Origin: Podarcis erhardii
Lineage: Eukaryota
Assembly: GCA_964252035.1 (NCBI GenBank)
Contig: OZ176207.1
Direction: 5' to 3' (one strand)
DNA length: 64,000 nucleotides
Under the pieces are notes generated by a model. It was not told the origin of the DNA. It made no database searches and worked only from the letters and a program-made list of their open reading frames with translations. Position 1 is the stretch's first letter; each line of letters opens with the position of its first letter. The position numbers were made by a program, and so were the translations under genes. This document shows, one piece after another, positions 11,737-22,050 of the stretch.

Positions 11737-13432
11737 AGCCCAGGGTTGCTCCAGCTGTGCATTAGAGTGATGCAGTTTGCTTCAAGTGGAACTGGGGTGT
11801 GGTGGGGGCAGAGGAAGGCAGGAACTGGTATGGAATGGTGCAACAAGACTTCTCAAAGCGTTGACCTTCATGCAGGTCTAAGGTGGGGTGACAGTGAGGC
11901 TCCAATTCAGGTAGCAGAATGTCTTGGGTCAGCACTGATTCAGGTTTTGGTGCCCTCCCATTTCTTCTACTTGGCCTTTGGCCTTGTATTGCTTTTGAAC
12001 TTGTAGCGGAAGGATGGCTGTCACTTCCCCTAATTTCTGCATATGGCAAAGCTTGCATTGCTTCAGAGGCTGCTGCTCTTAGTCTAAAGAAATACATTCA
12101 GTCACCCAGCAAATGAAAGCCTTTCTGTCGTATGTCATCCATTTCAACAATACACATCCAAATTGAAATTTAGAGATGATGCTTTGTTCACATGCATCAG
12201 GAAATTTTTACATTTCTGTGGCCTACGTTAATGTGTTTTCCCCATCATGTTCAGAAAAAGGGGTCTGATTATCTATGAAGGTTGATCCGTAAACGTTTTC
12301 ATTCATCCTGGAATAGCAAATGTGTATGTTTACACTGTCATCTGAAAAGATAACTCCGGAACCACATTATTGAGCCTGTCACAGATGTTTCTTGAGGGAG
12401 TGACCAATTTGCTAGGAGAAAAAGAATCAGAAGAAGCTAGGAGAAGATTTTCTTTAAAGCAGGACTCTCCTCCTCGCCAGTGTCTCTCCATTCTTCAGAT
12501 GAAATTCTAACCTGTGATGCCTTAGAATCCAGTCTTCAAAAATCAGTACAAACAGTGCCAAACAGAGATATTTTTGTCATCTTACATGAAATATTTAAAT
12601 GCCCTCCTCTCATCCCCTTGGCACTGACTGCCAGCTTTATGGACCCAGCATCATTCAACCAGATCAGCCTGCAGCAATCTCAATTAGGATTACATGCCTA
12701 GACAGACTGATCAGTTAGATGTTGTCTACTCTATTCTGTTCTGTTGTGTAGCCTCATCCCTCTGCTGTTGGCGTTCCTGCCTTTTCTGCGTATCTCCTTT
12801 TCAGTGTGTTGTTTTCCCTGCGCTGCTGCTTCCCGTGAGTCCTCAATTCTTGCCCCTTGTTTGCTCTCCTACCTTGGGTTTCTCTGGATCTCTTGTGGGT
12901 TAGTACTGCAGATATTCAGGGTTTGCATCTTTCCAAAGCTCCTGCTGTCTGGTATCAGCGTTCCATTCTCCCTATCTCTTGTACCTGCCTGCTTACTGAC
13001 TGGCTCCATGGGCTATGGCTGCTATGCTAACATCTCCCTTCATTGGCCTTGCTGAATAACTTGAATCCTGGCTTTGCAATCTGACTTTCTTGCAGAACTG
13101 CTATAGCCCAAACTCAATAGGTCTACCTGGAGTCTTCCTCAGTCTTGATGCATTGGCTTATATTGACATAATGCCAAGAGGTGGGAGATACACATAGAAC
13201 AACACCAGTTTCAAATTGTTTAGGCATGACTGATGTGGCGTGGTATAGGTATTGCTATAGGGGGAACTGTCATTGCTCAATGAAATGATGGCACATCAGA
13301 CAGCCCTAGCCATTTTGATTTGGGTGATGCCAAGGCATGAGACTGGTGCCAAGCATTGGCATTGTAAGACAATGACAATGTCGGGCACCACCAACAGCTC
13401 CTGGAGCTCTCTGCTCTTCAGGAATATAGAAA

Positions 13433-13585
13433 CCCAGGAAGTTGCCTCATGCCAAGTGAAACCATTGGTCCATTTAGCATCATTATAGCAACATTTTATA
13501 GCAGCAGCTCTCCAGAGGCCAGGAGTGTTAGAGGCACTAGGGATTGGACCCGAGACCTTTTGCACACAAAGCAAGAGCCACATTT
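13433..13585 (-). mobile_element. Degenerate tRNA-derived SINE with CR1-type tail (Squam2-like)
   Basis: GGAAGTTGCCTCAT...ACCATTGGTCCATTTAGC...GCAGCAGCTCTCCAG...CTAGGGATTGGACCCGAGACCTTTTGCAC; antisense B-box-like segment. Confidence 0.55.
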
Positions 13586-14872
13586 CCTTCTTGCTGTCAC
13601 AGGTTGTTCACCTGACCTTTCTGAGCAAAAAAAAAGGGAGAAAGGAGCAAAGAGAAGATGCAGCAGCCTCTGCCTTGGCAAATAGACTCAGAAAAAGATG
13701 GCAAGGGGAAAGGCAAAGGTGACAGTGGCTACAAGGAGATGGACCCACAGTTCCCCCCGAAGCTGGAGTTGGTTCTCCAGAGGCAATTGTTCTTTTTGAT
13801 AAGTCTTCCAGAAGAACAGTGTGGCCTTGTGGTTCAGGCAATGCAAAGAAGCTTTGATGGTTGTGCTAAACAGTATGGGAGGCTCACTTTTAAAGGAGTG
13901 GGAACTGAGGGCCTTGCATTTGCAGGCCTGATAGCAAAAATAGGCAGTGAATAGTAAAAGCTGCCTGCGGTGGTGTCTATTTCAGCTTGGGGCCAGCCTA
14001 TGAAGGTCAATAATTTTGATGAAAAGCTAGTGCCCTCCCCCCCCCAAAAAAAAATAACCAGGGGAAAGGTAATGCGAATGTGCTGCTGGTAAGTAACTCT
14101 TCCATGGTCTTCTGCCCAGTAGCATCAGTGTCTGCTTATGCCAAGGGGTTGCCCATACTCCGAGTCCTAACAATTTTGATAGACTGATTGAAAACCATCA
14201 TAGGAAATCAATGTAATTTTTCACATATTTCTCCTCAAGATGGTATGCATGATGCATCAGCTTCAGACGCCAATGTTTTCTTCAAGGCATTCCCCTCCAT
14301 CCCAACAGGAAACCCTTAAGTGTTTAGCTGAACCGTCTTTATTGGTTAATTCAAATGTTTCCTACTTACTGGAGGCTATTTAAATAGGCATCTGAGATTC
14401 CTACGTACTATTTGTATTTTAGGAATACAAAATAAACTGGGGTTGGGGCAAACCCTTCTGTGAAAACATACAAGGAAACAAGTTTTCATTGGGTTAGGGT
14501 ATATGAGCACCAGACAGGTATTTTATCTGTAAGTGGAATGTGGTGCCCTTTGAGGCACTCTTGAGCTGATCCCAGAAGCTGACATTTCTATCTTTTATCA
14601 TGCTTGCTTATTTGGATTTCTGGCAGTGGATTCTGGAATCCAGCCATCTGAGCAAGCTTTATCTTTACCATCAAACTGATCTTACTGAAATGGCAGTACT
14701 GATTCTAAATGGGCTTGAATCTTAAAGAAGGGTTTAGGGATTAAGCTTCCTGATATTAATTGTATTTCCAGCATAAAATTAGAATAATTTAACAGCAGGT
14801 GCACAACCCCAACCTCCATGCACTACTGGAGACTGCAGAACCTGATGCTAACAGACAAGAACTCATGGAATC

Positions 14873-15130
14873 TGTTAAGTTGTGGGTGAACATATCAGAC
14901 GACACAGCGATTCTTCAAACAGCTCTTGTTTATTCACAGGCCAGAACAGAACTGAACTGAAAGGTTCAGCCAGCCTGCTTATATAGAGCTCCACTACAAT
15001 GCAACAGTAACCACTTTCTGTAACTATCCAATCACTGAACGTCACTTTCAATTCCTTATTTGCATATGTGGACCTGAGTGAAAACTATCTACAGTATGCT
15101 GGCCCAGGGTGAGAACTTCAGTACATAACA
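14873..15130 (-). mobile_element. 258-bp solo LTR with perfect 5-bp TSD
   Basis: TG...CA termini (TGTTAAG / CATAACA); GAATC at 14868-14872 and 15131-15135; octamer, CCAAT, TATA and AATAAA in LTR order on the minus strand. Confidence 0.88.
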
Positions 15131-15188
15131 GAATCACCTTGTAGCATCAGGATCTATAGAATCACCTTGTAGCATCAGGATCTATAGA
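15130..15188. repeat. Perfect 28-bp tandem duplication abutting the LTR
   Basis: AGAATCACCTTGTAGCATCAGGATCTAT twice. Confidence 0.95.
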
Positions 15189-15478
15189 GAAAGACATAGG
15201 AGCCTTCGCCTAAGGAATCAAATGCCCCCCATTGTACCTCACTGGTTAAATGGCACACAAGAGGCTATGGCACCTAGGAGTAATGTTCACCTTCAGGCTA
15301 GAGGGCTGGCTCTATCAGAAACTAAGTTCTCCACAAAGAGCCTGGAAGGGATGGTGTAGGGCCAGAGGCGTGAAAAGGCTCACTTTGTTTTCAACCTTTG
15401 TTGGAGGAAGTTGCTCATTAAGCGTTCTCTGTGGTTCTGCAACTCCAGGGCCACCTTTCCCTTTCCTTCACCATACTA

Positions 15479-15670
15479 GAGAGCCAGTGTGGTAAAGTGG
15501 TTCGAGAGTTGGACTAGGTCCTGGGAGACCAAGGTTCAAATCCCCATTCGGCCATGAAGCTCACTGGGTGACCATGGGCTGGTCATGGCCTCTCAACCTA
15601 ACCTAGCTCACAGGATTGTTGTGGGGATTGAATGAGGAGCTCCTTGGAGAAGAAGGTTGGATATAAATGA
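15479..15670 (+). mobile_element. MIR/Ther1-related tRNA SINE (Squam3-like)
   Basis: A-box GTGGTAAAGTGG, B-box GGTTCAAATCC, then GCCATGAAGCTCACTGGGTGACC and CORE-like CTCACAGGATTGTTGTG. Confidence 0.85.
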
Positions 15671-15849
15671 AGGTAAACAAGCAAGCAGTCGTTCGGTCCC
15701 TTTGCAAACAGCCAGTCACCAGCTGATATGATGGCTTAGTTTATTTGAGAAGCAACTCAAGCATCAAAGTAATCAAATGCACAACCCACATGGGATTGTA
15801 GCTACATTTTGGCCTGTGGAGCACCCTCCCATCAAATGGCAAGGAGATG

Positions 15850-16010
15850 AGTATAGCCTTTAGAAGACATCTGAAGGCAGCCCTGTATTGGGAAGTTTTA
15901 AAATGTGTAATGGTTTATTATGTTTTTATATATGTTGGAAGCTGCCCAGAGTAGCTGGGGCAACCCAGTCAGATGGGTAGGGTACAAATAAGTTGTTGTT
16001 GTTGTTGTTT
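15850..16010 (+). mobile_element. L2-type LINE 3' end
   Basis: Encodes FRRHLKAALY, resembling the L2 ORF2 terminus; TGTTGGAAGCTGCCCAGAG...GGGCAACCCAGTCAGATGGG followed by a simple-repeat tail. Confidence 0.65.
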
Positions 16011-17334
16011 GTGTATGTGTGTGTGTGTCAGATGCAGTGGCCTCCTTTCAGGTTAAAAAAATTAAGGTTTTGGGCTTTTTATACGTGGTCCTTTATCCAC
16101 AAGAAAACAACAAAGCTGTTTGTGGCGATTTTTGCTTGCTTGCTTCTCTGCTAAGAAGGGGGAAATGGTGATTTGGAATGTAGCACTAAAGACAGTGTGC
16201 ACTGGCTACAGTAACAAAGTGTAATTCATAGCCTTTCAGCTGACACAGGGCTTTGTTGTGGTTAGATATTCGGCAAAGCACAAAGCATTGTGCACTCCTA
16301 GCTATGTTGCTTCCATCTTTACGACTTCTCTGTGCTGCTCATAACACTCAGGATGTTTCATAGCAAAACAGCTAAATATAAGACAGTCTATTTCCAGTCA
16401 TCCCGAATATCAATCTCTCACGTAAGCACTCAGGCCAAAATAGGAGCACATGGGCTTTCTCATGTTACTATTTAATAACATGGCACTCCTCCCTGTTATG
16501 TCACTCATGTATCTGAAAACAGCATGTGGAAATAATTAATGCACCTAAAGGGAAGGGACGTGCATATTGAAGAGACTGCCTCTGTGCAACTTACTTGTAT
16601 TAATTATACCCACATGGGAATGACTCATGAGAGAACTCTTATGTCTTTAAAAGGTAATGTTGGGAGCAGCCTTTAGCCTTAAATACCACCACTGAGGATC
16701 ATTTACTTTTAGCTCCATTCCTCTTTTCTCCATTTAATCTATTCATTATGCCAAATCTTATTTTTGTGACCTTTGCCCAGAGAATCTCCAGCCTTCCAAA
16801 GCTCACAAATGGGCTCTTGTGTCAAGCTGACGCACTGCTGGCCAAGTGGAACAGCACACACAAAACTAAGTTTCATAGACCCCCCACACCACACCTGAGG
16901 TGGGATTTCTTGGGCGCTGTCTTGGTGGGAGGCTGTGGAGTCTCCTAAACATCAGAAAGTGATGCAGACTGTTCATTGTGGCTATGGAAACATTCAGATA
17001 AGCAGTAGTGGCATATGCTGTCATAGGACAGAGCCCACATGGCTCAGGGGTTGGAATGGTCAGCTTCATCGTCAGGACAAGGTCCAAGTTATCATCCCAG
17101 TTATATGTCTTCTGGACTGTCTTAAGGACTGTGCAGACAACTGGTTTCTAGCACAATACACATTATTTCTAAAAAACTGTAGGAACCCTGCCACATATCA
17201 GTTCAACATTTTGGGTGGTAGTCAATTAAGTTTTACTCAGAGCAGATCTACTGAAATGAATGAACATGACAAAGTTAGGTCTACTAATTCCAATAAGTGG
17301 CTGAGGTCAAGTGAGTCAAGCTTGGTTTAATGCC

Positions 17335-18530
17335 ACCTGTTGCTCCCACAGTCTCCAACTAGATTCATCTGGTAAGCCTACGAGTAGGATATGAGCACAA
17401 CAGCACTCTCTTGCTCATGTTCACCAGCAAATGACATTCAGAAGTACTCTGCCTATAGAGTAATATAGAGCCATCATGACTAGTAGCTAATGATAGATGG
17501 GATCCTCTTTAACGAGGGTCCTGGTTGTGCACAGGCCCCTGAGACAACTCCTGCCAGGTTGAAGGTGCTGGGTGTGGCTCAGGCCTTGTCTGTATGGCCC
17601 CACAGTCACACCAGGTCATTTGAGCCAATCAGTGCAGGTGGAGTGATTGGTGGGGGCCTATAAAAGCGGCAGCGTGATGTGGCTGAGGCACTTGCTCCGC
17701 GCTGCCGAACACCTGCCCTCCTGTCCCTATTTGTAGGTGTTGCTGCTTTGGCCTTGCTTCGGATATTGGTTGGTTGCCTGTTTTGGAACAGGGGCTGGGT
17801 TGGAATTTTTCCATTTGGCAAATTGACAGTGGCCACTTGGTTTTCGCCTACTACCCCCTTAGCAATCATCACAACTTTGTAAGGTTTGGCGGTTAGGCAC
17901 TGGCTTAATGAAGTGTGTGGGAGGGGAGGTGCAGCCATCACCTGCCCCTCCATGAATAAGGGTATTCCGGTAAGGAATCTGCAGGACCTAGATCTCGTCC
18001 GAAGTCTGCTTGAGGGGCTAGGGCCATGCCAGGACCATAGGAACCCTGAGGTGAGCTTTGGTTGATCTTCATGAATGTTGCTCCCTTGTTTGGTGTTTAC
18101 CCTTTCAGACTACCAGCCAGAGAGGCAGCAGTCAGTTATAGTCTGTTGCCAATGACTAAACTAATACCACTCACTTTGCTGTAATCAATAAAGTTGTGGC
18201 CTAAATTTTGCCCATTAACTTAAACAAAAATTACTTGTCAGTGTGAAGTTATTTACTTGTGGAAGGGCTTGGGGGCCTCGAGGGAGGGGCAACCTTATTT
18301 GCAATGAATTTGTCTAATTCCGTTTTAAAGCTGCCCACATTGGCAGCCACCATGACAGCTAGTGAATTCCATATTCTAGTTATGTACTGTTTGAAGAAGT
18401 ACTTCCTCTTGATGAACCTTCCACCCTTGAGCTTTGCTGGATTACTCCAGTTTCCAGTATTATGAGATGCTGAGACAAACCTATTCCTATACACTTTCTT
18501 TGTTGTTGGAGATCTTCCAGACACCTTCCA
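17335..18530 (-). mobile_element. CR1 3' UTR (17335-17496) and ORF2 C-terminus (18291-18530), split by a 0.8-kb insert
   Basis: ORF 18249-18524(-) contains KLKGGRF..KRKYFFKQYITRIWNSL...SFKTELDKFI, matching the CR1 ORF2 end; UTR is continuous across the insert (GATAG | AACCTTAT...ATGAATTTGTC). Confidence 0.85.
17497..18290 (+). mobile_element. Retroelement terminal-repeat remnant (DIRS/Ngaro-like or LTR), no TSD seen
   Basis: CCAAT 17625, ATTGG 17646, TATAAAAG 17659, AATAAA 18187; GC-rich; interrupts a CR1; class is inferred. Confidence 0.6.
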
Positions 18531-18689
18531 TCAAAGAAGCCTTTCCCTGGCAGGTGTATCACGTTTCCCTGGCACGCAAATGGAAACATTTGTCATATGG
18601 ACAAGGCAGGCAGGTATGGGGATATCTAAGCTTTTAGATGTTGTATCCATTGTTGTTGTAAATGCCTTGTGGAATGTAATTGTGAGTTA

Positions 18690-18900
18690 TATACAGGCGG
18701 CAACCATTTTAGGTGTGTCCAATTGATACGTAATCATCCTTTGGGACCCGGAAGAAGGAGTAACGGGTGTAACAGGGTGGGGTATAATGGGGCGGGCCAT
18801 AACAGGGCAGGGAGTGCTTATACAAGCTCCACCAATGCACACGGAGGCCAGGAACAAAACCCCACACAATATTGTCGCTGTATCTATTGGATATATAACT
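18690..18900. repeat. Unclassified interspersed repeat (inverted homologue at 63445-63620)
   Basis: CCATTTTAGGTGTGTCCAATTGATA...CTTTGGGACCCGGAAGAAGG versus the reverse complement CCATTTTGCATGTGTCCAACTGATA...CTTTGGGACCCCAGAAGAGG. Confidence 0.6.
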
Positions 18901-21192
18901 GGGAGTGATCAACTCTCAATGGCATATAAGAAGGTTCCAGCAAAAGGTCCCAGCCACATACAAGACCTAAAATCTCCAGGTTTTTTTAAAAAAAATAAAT
19001 AAAAAGAATTATTATCAGATACCTGGTGATGGGAAAGACCTTCTGCCTGAGACGTTATTTAGGAAGATGGTCCAGAAAAGGCAGTTTCCAATTTTCTGTG
19101 GCTATACAAGTGATGAGCAACAGAGTTCTGTATTTTGAAAATGCTTGTTATGTTCTTAATGGTTTTATGTTCCCTTCATGCACATCTGCAGTGCTGCTGT
19201 TCATATTTAGCAATCCTGAAAAACCAAAAGAGCAAAAAACAAAACCCCCTAACTTTCTCTTTCCTGGCTGAGAGCTGTAATATAAAATTAAGGGCAGACT
19301 AGCCCATTGAATGTCCAAAGGTGCATGAAGATGAGAAAGTCACTCACTTATGCATCTGTATATGCTCATAGAAAAATGTGTAAAGTGTTAATAAGCAGAT
19401 CTCATCAGTCAGTAGACTCACAGGCTCTGGAATTTCAGTATCATCTTTCCATGACAAGAGCAATATGCTGCCAATTGTTATGCTTTTGGCAGGCATTCAG
19501 ATTCCAAATTGTTTGTGCACCTCCGGATACTTCTGAAGTTAGAACTGGACTCAGCTGACTCACAGTGAATGGTCATTTATACAAGAATTGCATATGGATT
19601 AATACATCACTACCACACACACACACAGACACAGAACAGAAGACAACCTCTTTGTCACGGAGAGAGATTATTTTATTAGGCAGTCACTAAAATCCCAAGC
19701 AGAACACACCAATGAGTGGCTGCTTGGGATTTTTCTTTGGCCTTGTGGGGCTGTTATTCTATTTGACCACAACTTTGCAGTTGCAGAGAGAACCATTCCC
19801 ATCATCACCAGCCCAGTAAACAGCCAGATGGAGATGACAGAAAGGCCATATTTTTACACCCACAGAGGGAAAGTGATGGTATATTCAAAAGGCAAAAATG
19901 GAAGGGAAACCCTGGGGGAAGGAAAAAAAAAAAAACCCAGCCTAGAGAGACACAACACCTGAAACAGGTGCTCAAAAGTGGTAATTTGAACACAGACATG
20001 TATTGATTTGTTTTACATTTTACATTCATTTTTAACATTTATTATATATGTTATTCATCTGCAGTGCCCCGAGGAAGATTGTTATCGAAACATGGTGAGC
20101 AATTTACATGTAATAATAAATTATAACCTTTGAGCACTAGTTCTGTCTCCTTCCCCCTCTCTCCCTCCCTCCCTTTCTCCTTCCATTGCATGTGTGGGGG
20201 GGGGGGAGGGAGGGAAGGAGGGAAGGAGTGTGTTTTTGGCATATTAGGGGAAAAGAATGAAGCAACTATATTTTGATTGGAAGTCATATTACACTGTGAT
20301 GAAATGCACTGGCAGAATGCCACTTTAAGAATTCAAAGACATTAAGAAAGTTCACAGAGATGATTAGTAAGGCTGACACCCCTTGCCACACTGTGACACA
20401 TGTTCTAAACATATGACACATGTTCCAGGGATTTCCTCTGCCCCTAGGGAACTTCTAACTCATCTTTTATTTTCTTCCTGGTCTTTCCCACAACAAATTC
20501 CACTCCTCCTTAGAAATACAGTCACCCTAACTTTTGTGCCATAGATCAGTTGGCTACTTTATTTGGCTGTCTGGCATGATAGCTATTAAAACACTAGTTA
20601 TACTTTTTCTTTTTTCTTAAAAAAGCCAAAAAGCAGAATCATCATTGTCATGTGTTTAGTATCAAGGCATATAAACTGCTAAATAAGGTATCATTTAAAA
20701 GCTTTTAACACATATGAAACACAAAGGAAGTCAGAAGAAGCAGTAAAATGTGTTTACACATGAGCACAGAATCTGTCTTAGAAGTTCTGTTTTTTTCACA
20801 TCAGTTCCTGGAAACGCAAGGCCTAATCTATGCTGTACACTTCAATCACATTTGGTTGTTCAGGCACAGCACCGCTAAACAGCCAAGAAGGGTTAAGCCT
20901 GTTTTTTGAGATTCCTTCAGATTCCATCTCTTGTATGGACCTGCTTCTCTTATCAGCTGTTTGAACTGATGGTCAGGTGCTCAAAGGGGTGGTGGAGGAA
21001 CTCGGTAATAAAGGCTGCTGGCTGAGCACCAGTGTTTTCAAGGTTTGAGAGAAAAATGTGTGTAAACATAAAAGGAAGGGTGCAAGCAGCCCTCATGCCA
21101 CTCAAAATGTATCATGCTGAAGCTTCCATCTCCATTGATACATTCTTCTTGTGCATGTTTAGCCATTACTTGGAAAAAAATAAGGACAGAGA

Positions 21193-21228
21193 GAAGAAGA
21201 AGAAGAAGAAGAAGAAGAAGAGGAGGAG
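21193..21228. repeat. (GAA)n/(GAG)n microsatellite
   Basis: Direct reading. Confidence 0.95.
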
Positions 21229-21593
21229 TTTGGATTTGATATCCCACTTTATCACTACCTGAAGGAGTCTCAGAGAGGGCTCATGTGCATTGACTCCCCC
21301 TTCTCTGCCCCTTAAACAACAAAAAGACCTGCTCTCTTGGTGGTAGGAGGTGGGAAGGAGCATGCAGCCATACAACAAACCACCCAACTATCACAACTCA
21401 GCAGTTCTTCTGAGATGCCAGTGGGATAGACCTTAGGGCCAAATGGGGGGGGGGCATTACAGCCCGAGGAAGGCCCTAACAATGGCAGAGAGTGAGCAGC
21501 AGCTGGTGGAGGCGGCCACAAATGGCTGGTGTCCACATCCCCAACTGGTACACTGCATCACTTTGCAGCTCATGATACCCAGGTGAAAGAATT

Positions 21594-22050
21594 ATGGACA
21601 TAGAGAGACAACAGGGCTGCTTGAGGTCCCCTGATTACATAACTGCAGAACACAAGAAATATGTTGCTGTCCTGGCAGCATACCTCCATTTCCTCATATC
21701 CAGAAATGCAAGAAGGGCCTTGACTCTCACCAGAAGTTTGGCTCTGCCCTCGTCAGTTCTGGAAGGATCTTTTGGAAAAGTCCTGTACACTCAGAGACTT
21801 GCGCCTGCCCATTAGGGGAAATAGGAAGCCCTGAACGCTTATTTTTTAGATGTCCTTTTTATGATGAGGCACGTAGAGATACCAACGACCCCCATCTGGT
21901 GAGGCTAGCTGACCTTCCGGACAAGCCTAAACTCAATTTTATCCTCTTAGGCAAAAATCACAAGATGACCCGGATGGTCGCCATATTCTGAGCGCAGATT
22001 TGTAGGCGTAAAACACCCCCTGGAACAAATAGATTGCTAGGAAAACTTCC
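21594..22050 (+). mobile_element. Decayed non-LTR retrotransposon ORF2 C-terminus (RTE-X-like; clade tentative)
   Basis: YLHFLISRNARRALTL...LPSSVLEG...QRL then, after a 1-nt frameshift, CACPLGEIGSPERLFFRCPFYDEAR: a CCHC-type knuckle with H>R; later in-frame TGA. Confidence 0.65.

Noticed and set aside
12740-13110. Pyrimidine-rich segment starting TGT as an old Gypsy LTR
   Set aside because: No definable right end, TSD or second copy; not supportable.
13985-14088. Possible exon ending at CTG|GTAAGT
   Set aside because: Weak acceptor, and the interior contains C and A homopolymer runs typical of neutral DNA.
16417-16430. 14-mer TCTCACGTAAGCAC repeated at 34844-34857
   Set aside because: Within chance expectation; no extended homology.
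16530-16545. Identical 16-mer AAATAATTAATGCACC also at 30238-30253 (POU/homeodomain-like)
   Set aside because: About one shared 16-mer is expected by chance in 64 kb of AT-rich DNA, and the flanks do not align.
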